From Bispira polyomma (taxonomy: Eukaryota): a stretch of DNA of 64,000 nt. A model generated the notes under the pieces. That model was given only the letters and a program-made list of their open reading frames with translations, was not told where the DNA came from and did no database searches. Position numbers and translations under genes: made by a program. Within the stretch, counting starts at the first letter, position 1, and each line of letters starts with the position of its first letter. This document shows, piece by piece, positions 56,066 to 64,000 of this stretch. The stretch covers positions 21,266,001 to 21,330,000 of the forward strand of contig OZ287749.1 of NCBI GenBank assembly GCA_965649765.1, in the 5' to 3' direction.

Positions 56066-57100
56066 CGTAAACAAATTTTTAATAAGAAATTTTCCTGATC
56101 AGTACCGATCAATCCCACACCAAAGCCTAATAGAAGCATGCAACTGCCATAGCAACTTTTACATCTGTACAGTTTTTCAAAACTTTTTTTAAATTTTACT
56201 ATACATTTCGTGAAACAAGAAAATAACGCACTCAAAGATTCTGTTCTCAAATTTAAATTTAATAAACTGAAGGAGATTTTGAAAAAAGGAAAAACTTGAC
56301 TAATAAAATACAACAAACAAAAATTATAGACATATATGCATGTGTATAATGAAAGATACACGAGCGAAAGACACATTGGTTCTAGTTAAGTGTCATGGAA
56401 AAAGGAGAGAATATATTAAATTTTGATAAGTATAAGTATCCTTATAATATTTAGAAACAGAGGAAATTCATTTATATTAGATTTGGAGATTTTGTGCATC
56501 AGTACTGTACACACCTATTAATATATACAGTGTTAATGTTAAAACTACTATAATACAATAGGTACTATTCACCTTCTTACCAAAAAACTCTCTAATATTG
56601 AGATTTTAATGTCAACATTAATTTAAAAATATTGGGATAAGGGCTTTGATTACAGTATAATTTTAGTACTTTAGGTCCTAGTCAAAAATAAGAAGCTATG
56701 CACTCTAATATTATTTTGATTCAATCATAACTTAATTATAGTCCTCACATTCAATGCTACTGGCACGGTCAAAAGACCCAAAAAATTCTATAATATTTAT
56801 AAATTTTATGTCAACTTTTATTTGCACAAAGAAAAAAAAAAAAAAAAAAATTTATAAAAATAATTGACAGTTCTTTCAAAAAGGGTGTGAGCATTTATTA
56901 CTGAATATGAGGAATTTAATATCAAAGTACTAAAGATTCTAGACAAAGTAAATAACTGTATATTCAATTATTTAAAATATATGGTTATAAATCAACATTA
57001 CACTTGTTACATCATATTGTCTATCAAACTTAGTAACAACTTAAATTCTATCAGCAGTTTTGTTTCATAACTAATGATAACACATTATATATTAGCATGA

Positions 57101-57561
57101 TTAAATGTCAATCCGATAGTGTCTAACTCTTACCAAGATGTTACCTGCCATATTCTTGCCTCTCCAACTTTCGCATGTAAATACAGCATCATTTCGAATT
57201 GACAGTCCTACACCCCATGTAGTGTCTGTTGGATTAGCTTCTACCAATTCAGTTTTGCCTGTACTGGCAAGAAAAGTCCCTCATTTTGGTGGAATTTTTC
57301 GTACATTGCATTGTACATATGATCACTGGCTGTTTTGTTCCAGATATTGACCTTAAAACCCTTGATCTGTCTTCCAAGCTGCTTAGCTGTTACCAGGCAT
57401 TTTGTTTCCATAATTTTTTCGGCAGTCGAGATATCATTAAATTCCATTGCTTTTTTGTACATAATACACTGTTCTGCGCTGTGAAACACTATTCCATCTT
57501 GTGTGAACTGGCTTGGATAGTGATTACTCAATGGAGAAAATTTACTGAAGAAAGCAGTCAT
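57101..57561 (-). other. NADAR (YbiA/DUF1768-like N-glycosidase) domain
   Basis: FFSKFSPLSNHYPSQFTQDGIVFHSAEQCIMYKKAMEFND...AKQLGRQIKGF...W...MYNAMYEKFHQN; frameshift near 57275; FLASTGKTELVEANPTDTTWGVGL...WRGKNMAGNILVRVR. The family motifs SN, sE, KA, K.LGR, KF.Q, LVE...D..WG.G and G.N..G..L..VR are all present. Confidence 0.92.
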
Positions 57562-58306
57562 ACCTCCATTAGTACGTGTGAACACATTTTTAGGCAACAG
57601 TCCCTCCACTGGTACAGTATGTATATTTTCTGTGTTGTATACTTTCCCATTCAAAATCATTGAGTCTACTGAGAGTTTAGGGTTAAGCTCTGGACACAAC
57701 TTTAAGGCTGTGAAAAATGTTGGTACCATTAGTTTTCTTCGTTGTTGTATCTCGTTTGGAAAATCTTCAGTGACGGATATCCCCTTCTTCTTTATTTCAC
57801 CTCTAATTGACTGCTGATCTATCCTTTTGGTGCCAAAATCTTATTACTACTGACCGTAGACGATCTTTTAGGTAAGGCCCAACGAAGTGAATGCTTTCAA
57901 TGTCTCTAGGTGTTAAACTAATCCCTATTCCAGAAAAGAATTTCAGCATACGTTCCTCCAGGTTTTCTCGAGTTAAGTCATTAAAACTATAGAATTTCAA
58001 ATTTTTTTTCCTGCTATACGTTTCTTGTTTCAAAATATAGTCTTTTAATTTTGTGTTTTCAAGCTTCAGTATATTGCATTCATCAGTTAGTTTTGCAATT
58101 TCTTTTCCAGTCTCCTTGATTTGGGGTTCAAGTTCTACCACTCTTTTTATTTCCTCCAGAGCATATTCCACTGATTGTTCAATACTTTCTAATTTAGAAA
58201 GTTTTTTCAAAATAGGGTCCAGTTTTTTATCCAAGAGTTCTGTAAGAGTTTCTATAATTTCCATTTTTTTAGTATTCGCTCTTGTTTGTTTAGATCCTGT
58301 TGACAT
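57101..58306 (-). pseudogene. LINE ORF1p (coiled coil + RRM + CTD) fused to a C-terminal NADAR domain, ~400 aa after correcting two frameshifts
   Basis: Coiled coil, then QETYSRKKNLKFY...DIESIHFVG...RSVVIRF; frameshift near 57806; GISVTEDFPNEIQQRRKLMVP...KLSVDSMILNGKVY; then NADAR in the same frame. Confidence 0.88.
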
Positions 58307-58357
58307 ATTGATACTAGTCTTTATTGTTTTTTCCTACACAATATTTTGTCAAAAGAT

Positions 58358-58440
58358 CACAACAGTATAGTTTTCAAATAATCTGTCTTCTTTGTTAAAT
58401 GAACCCCACAGTATAGTTTTCAAATCATCTGTCCTCTTTC
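58358..58440. repeat. Tandem repeat in the LINE 5' UTR
   Basis: acagtatagttttcaaat(a/c)atctgtc(t/c)tcttt occurs twice, about 46 bp apart. Confidence 0.8.
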
Positions 58441-61400
58441 ACATTTAGAGTTCAGTGTACTGTCAACACATAATGCATCATAGAATAGACCCACAAGTAA
58501 AGAGTGCTGGTAAAACAAGTTCACATTCTGTCCCATATAGAGAAACCCAATTTCATTATAAAGAATGACACAATTTAACACTTTGTTGAATAGAGATACT
58601 AGTCACACCACCAATATTTAAAACTATATTACATTCATTCTTCCCACATGTATTTCAAATTTAAAACATCAATTTTAACATAATCTTTACTTTAAATGTA
58701 ATTAATAGACATATCACACGATTCCTTGTTACTTTAAACGTCTGTTCACCTATACTTCCATTCTAAAATATTGTTTTATCCTTTACATTTTTTAGATTGA
58801 AAAGTGATTGAAAAGTGAAAGCCTAACAGATCAGAAGAATTCTTTCAATTTCAAGCTTCCAATTAAGAGGGCATATTTGTAAAGAAAACAATTCACCAGG
58901 AGTATAGATATTGTTTAATGTAAAGTGGTAATCAATTTAACAGACATCTACTGGAGGGGTTTTACTGTATTTACAAGCGGAAAACTTTAATATTATTTTT
59001 CAGTAATATTGGAATGTCCAGGTTGTAAGAATGACTAAGCAATTTTACCCATGACAAAGACACTACTTGCTTATGTCTGTGGCCACACATTATCAAAATA
59101 AACTAAAGTTCAAACTAAAACATTGGATTCAGTTAATATGGGGATCCTATATGTCTGGTGACAGTAAAACGTTTGTAAAAACAGGCTGTTGAACCCTTTA
59201 AGTGGAAACTTGAGGCACCAAGAAAAATGACTAAACTTAAGCAGAATTTTCAGTTGAAAAGGCTTTTGTGAGACTGTTTTTTCTACATAACAGGGTAAAT
59301 TGAGAGTTAAATACTCTTCACGGGTGGTCACAATAGTTTACGGGTCTGTTGCATTTTTAAAGAACTTATCGACGGAAAATAATATTAAAAACACATACTA
59401 CTTCATGCCTAGAAATTAAAGTACAGAATACAATATTTTATTTTTAAGAAATCTACAATTTATACATTGAAATGTGTGTTAAACAGTATTGTGACCTGGA
59501 TACTATTGTGACTGCCCATGTACTAAAGGGAATTGGAAAGGGGTATTGCTTATTACAACACACAAGCACTATCACTAACCTTCTAAGTTTAAGCTTGAGT
59601 TTATACCTACTTTTGTTTCTCTTTTTCTCTTTTTTTAAAAAGTCATTACCTTTCAAATGTGGACATGTTAGAGTGTATATTTGCTACCAAATCATTACGT
59701 GAAGCCACAAAAAAATTTACATCTTTGAAAAACAACATTTTATTTACACAGTTTATTTTTAAATATTTAGTTAAACATTATTCAAAGCTGCTGTTACCAG
59801 TTGAATACCAACACACAGTTCATAAGATAAAGCAAAATACAAAATACTATTGACATAAAGGCAGAAAAGAAATTTATGATGTTTAAAAATCCACATTGAC
59901 AGAGTTGCTAACAGAACAAACTCCAAGATGCTTGCATAAGCACTCCATCTAGCACTAAATCAGGCCCCCCTGATTCACCAACACGATCCATACATTAAAG
60001 TGTTTGCATTACCACTCGTTTTTGTTCTAAATTACATTATCATCTTTAAAGGATGGGGATGTATGACGTTAGTGTCTGTAGTATTGACAATGTTAATGAT
60101 GATCAAGATGCAGTATTTTTCACTGCCAGGACAAATTATAAGTATATATATGCCACTGCAAATATAGGCAGGGTAAAGTTAGTGTAGCTTTTTGTATATT
60201 GTTAATGCTGGAGTTTTCCCAATGGGGGCTGTATGACAGTTCACTTAAAGGTGGACAGGCTTCTATATTTCATATGAAAGCAGACAATTTTCCCTGGTAC
60301 AGGGTCATGTTAGAGAAATATGTATCAGTATTCAACGCTGAAGAGTTGTCAGTCATATTGGTTGTAGAACCTCAAGCGGCACACCTGCGCAGCAGTATGC
60401 ACACACAGTTACATTTAGTTTGAGACGCCAAGTGGGATATGACTTCACTTTGGGCGGCAGTTTTCCCACTGCTGCAGTTTGGGCAGGTTCGGATCACAAA
60501 ATTAACCTTTGGCACATAGCAAAATCTCAATCGGAGTGGTCTCTGGAAAGGGAAATCCTGACACCAACTTTTGCCAGCCGAATCTGACAAAACAGACTGT
60601 TATGTGTAGCTTTCGGGTGCGTGTCAAAGGTACTTGCGTAGGGATATCTTCCAAATACCAACAGAACACTATATGTAAAGCACTCATGTGCCGTTTTGTT
60701 TTGACCACTCTTGTTAACACCAAAGCTTGCAAGGTCAGGTTTTCTCCCTTATTTGGCATTTCCTATAAATCATAATTGGTTGTTATTTCGCTAGGAATTA
60801 CACCAGGTCTCCTAAAAAAACTGTTGCAACAGAGTATTTGTCTGGTTATTGTGTTTTATTTGACAGTGTGTCATAAAAATAAATGTCTGACTCGTGTACA
60901 GGATGTGTTTATTTTGTGTCAGATGTTTGACAGCTACTTCTGTATTACACTTCCTTGTTGTAATATAGTTTGCAATGGTGACAGTACAGTCACGGGTACT
61001 TCACTTCCTCATGCTAACACTGGTTACTGGTATTGGCACATATTATGTCCCTCACAACGTTTATGTAAATAGATAATGTATATACAAGTCACTTGTGTGA
61101 TGTAATCAAATTTTAAAGATCTTGTATGCTTGGTTTAATTTCTACATCCTGTGTTTTTATCTTAGTTTATAAATTGTTTAATGATTAAAGGTGCTTTGCA
61201 TAGCACTTAGTTATATGTATGTATACTTACTGCTTGTGTCAGTTGTGGGCTCAGTTTGTTTTGACACAAAGGTTAAACATGGTTCTACCAGACTTAATAC
61301 AGTCATACCTAGGGTTGGTAATTCAGTTTCCCCTTTACTTTATGTTAGTACACAAGAACTTGTTAGCAGGGTCCAAGCTCTCTGCTCTATTATTACTGAG

Positions 61401-61679
61401 TTGTTAAATTTACATATCCTGATGGGATTCTGGTTAATGTATAGTTGTGTTACATGCTGTGTCACCTCTGTGTATTGTAAGGAGGGCAAAACCTGCTGTG
61501 GGTTGGTAACAAAGGCTGTGTATACTTGTTAATTTCTCTCAGTTATGTTTTCTATATGGTGGTTTTATATTCTGCTTATGACCCTCAGAGACTTGTATTA
61601 CAATTACAGTCAGTGTTTTCAGTGTGTGTAAGGTCATTCAGGAATCAAATCAGTCACACCAGTAGTGACATAGTGCACA

Positions 61680-63040
61680 ACATCAGTTTGCCTAGTTATT
61701 ATAATGGACATTATGTTACCTGTCAATATAACCACCCTTCAGCAGTTGAGTACCCTGACCACATTACACATTATATCACAACTGAATGTAATTATAATGC
61801 TATTGAAGGTCCTTATGGGGAGGTTCCCTTTCCCAATTTACATATTTTTCCTATGCTGACTAGGCATAAGCCTAATTCACAAAATAGAAGAGTTATTATA
61901 GATTTGTCATGGCCCAGGGAGCATTCAGTTGATGCTAGTGTTGCTAAAGATGTGATTTTACATATACACTTTGTACTTACATATCTGGCCATAGATTATA
62001 TGATGGACTATATTAAGCAGTGTGGTTCCAATTGTTATCTGTTCAAGGTAGACCTTCAGCACGCATTTCGTAAATTGAGAGTAGACCCTTATGATTTCCA
62101 CTTGTTAGGTTCATATTGGCGAATGCTTACTATATTGATACAGCGGTACCCTTTGGCTTTAGGCATGGAAGCCATTATTGCTAGCGAATGACAGACAGTA
62201 TTAGGTATATAATGGCTTAGCTAGGTCATGTGGTTTACAACTATATTGATGACATAATTGGTATTCACAGCTCGTTAGAAGCTGCCACTTCAGCCTTTAA
62301 TTTCCTACTCAAATTGCGCAAGGAGCTTGGTCTTCCAGACAATCCGTCCAAATTGGAATCTCCAGGTAAAGCTATAACATGTTTGGGCTTTCAAATTGAT
62401 GTAACAGCAGGTACTCTTAGTCTTCCTCCGGATAAACTTACATAAATTACTAACCTTTGTATAGAATGGAGTGTTAAGATGTATGACACCAAGAACAAAG
62501 TATTGTAGGAAAACTATTGTACATTAGTAAATGTATTAAACCAGCTAGACTTTTTGTTAACCGCATTTTGCAAGTACTGGTTTAAGCTACCTAAATCATT
62601 CATTGCGGACATAAAGTGGTTCATGACATTTCTTAGCCAGTTTAATAGTGTAGTCTTATATGACAAACCTGTTATCCACAATGAAGTTGTCTATGTAGAG
62701 GCCAGCTTACCTGGTCTAGGGGCAGTTTATAAACAGGTTGGGTATCATTTAGAGTTAGACCAGTTAGCTGATCACCCTGCTATTATTGTTCATCTTGAAA
62801 TGCTTAATGTATACACTGCTTTCACCAGATGGTTGCCTGCATTTATTAACTCTAATGTAATCCTGTATTGTGATAACAACATGGTGGTAAATATTTTAAA
62901 TTTCCATAGGGGGAAAGACCCCTATCTTCTTCAAGTTGCTAGACACATATGGATCCTTACGGCCACTCATAATATCACACTGCAGGTCAGACTTGTGCTG
63001 GTAATGTTGGGGCAGACCTCTTATCTCGGTATTCAGACTT
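61680..63040 (+). pseudogene. Ngaro-like reverse transcriptase and RNase H
   Basis: NHPSAVEYPDHI, RRVIIDLSWP, LFKVDLQHAFRKLRVDP, PFG.RHGS, YNYIDD; RNase H motifs VEASLPGLGA, HLEMLN, YCDN. Confidence 0.9.
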
Positions 63041-63172
63041 AAGGAAAAAGACTAAGTTTCATGAGTTGTTTCCACATGTACAGTTCAGTCAGGTTTCTTG
63101 TCATGCAACCGCCCTTAATTGGGACATTTAAGGTTCTATATTAGTTATGTATATTTTCTCTTTGTGTTGTAG

Positions 63173-64000
63173 GTTCACATAGATTACGACAACTTTTGTT
63201 GTCAGCTCAAGTTAGAGCCAAATCCGCCTTCCAGCCCAGGACCAGGCCCCTTTATAGTGGTACATTGTCTCATTTTCTTTAATTTTGTGTCACTAACTCA
63301 ATACCTCACCCACACTACTCACTTGGTGTCATTTTGGCCTACATTGAGACCTTAGTGCTCTCTTATACTGCAATTCAAAATATTATTTGTCGGCTCTTGA
63401 AAATCATTTCAGGTGGTTTGGCTTAAGCTTGGACATATTTGACAATGTTCAGGTAGTTATGTTACTCAGGTCTATTAATAATAACATTCATAGATACATC
63501 AAGGCAAGACATTTTTGGGGTTGATGACCTCAAAAACATTTGTGTATAGTGTGGTGCCATACATTTTGGTAGTGTATATAAGGCAATATTTTTGATAGCC
63601 TTCTTTGGCTTATTTTGTATCAGCAATGTAGTGTCACACACTGTGTATATGTATAATAGCGGGCGGTTGCTCCTAAGGCATGATGTTAGGTTCCAGGATA
63701 CTGGACTAATTATAAGTGTTATATGGACTAAGACCATGCAAAGTCAACAAACCAATGTCCAGTTGCAACTTCCAGTAGTACATGGTTCACCTCTAAGTCC
63801 AGTTCAGGCTGTGGCTGACATGTATTGTGATTTTTCCACACCACTGTCCTTCCCTTTGTTTTTAGTTCCTTTTGGCAACCAAGATCAGGTCTTAACAGAT
63901 GTAAAAGTTGGACATGTATTGAAGAACATTTTGGCCATTCTTGGTCTCAACTATTCCACACTTGGGTTCCATACATTCAGACATCAGGAGCCTCAGTCCT
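63173..64000 (+). pseudogene. Tyrosine recombinase of the second Ngaro-like element (cut by the window end)
   Basis: AFQPRT..LY, FLIAFFGLFCISNV (catalytic R changed to C), WTKTMQ, SPLSPV.AV, GFHTFR near 63964. Confidence 0.85.

Larger units (their letters stand above)
51961..58813 (-). mobile_element. Apparently full-length L1/Tx1-clade LINE (~6.85 kb) carrying a NADAR domain in ORF1
   Basis: 5' UTR (~507 bp), ORF1, ~1-kb spacer, ORF2 (APE-RT-CCHC), 3' UTR, AATAAA (52004-52009), poly(A) (51961-51990). Exact 10-bp direct repeat AGTGAAAGCC at 51951-51960 and 58814-58823. Confidence 0.9.
60100..64000 (+). mobile_element. Second, older Ngaro-like DIRS element, running past the window end
   Basis: Very decayed gag region (~60170-60780), then RT, RNase H and YR. 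Left boundary uncertain. Confidence 0.8.

Noticed and set aside
57101-57729. NADAR ORF as bacterial contamination or a stand-alone host ybiA-like gene
   Set aside because: It is in frame with the ORF1p CTD and lies inside a poly(A)-tailed, TSD-bounded LINE with the same degree of decay.
52488-58370. Many short plus-strand ORFs over the LINE
   Set aside because: They are antisense shadows of ORF1 and ORF2 coding sequence.
60199-61532. Cys/Val-rich ORFs as separate membrane proteins
   Set aside because: They lie in the TG-rich decayed gag-to-RT region of the Ngaro-like element and show no independent gene structure.

Overview
AT-rich eukaryotic genomic DNA, probably from an invertebrate. A mollusc or other lophotrochozoan is inferred from the repeat repertoire only and is not proven. 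The only host coding sequence I can support is the first coding exon of a TMTC1-like protein O-mannosyltransferase (10465-10694, minus strand). Positions 1-10464 are its intron. The remaining ~53 kb is upstream or intronic DNA filled with transposons and local duplications: two L2-clade LINE copies (one with a nested RTE-X-like fragment), two PIF/Harbinger transposase relics, two DIRS-order (Ngaro-like) tyrosine-recombinase retrotransposons, tRNA-derived SINEs, TA-flanked CAGT-ended MITEs, a Maverick/Polinton capsid fragment, and two sets of segmental duplications. Main finding: an apparently full-length L1/Tx1-clade LINE (51961-58813, minus strand, poly(A) tail, 10-bp target-site duplication) whose ORF1p (coiled coil-RRM-CTD) is fused at its C-terminus to a complete NADAR/YbiA domain, an ADP-ribose-processing N-glycosidase fold. 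This may be a retrotransposon-encoded counter-defence against nucleic-acid ADP-ribosylation. Second finding: both Ngaro-like elements have a phase-1 splice acceptor directly before a recombinase frame with no N-terminal ATG, and one has a matching phase-1 donor in gag, suggesting a spliced Gag-YR product. All domain calls come from reading motifs by eye; no database searches were run.
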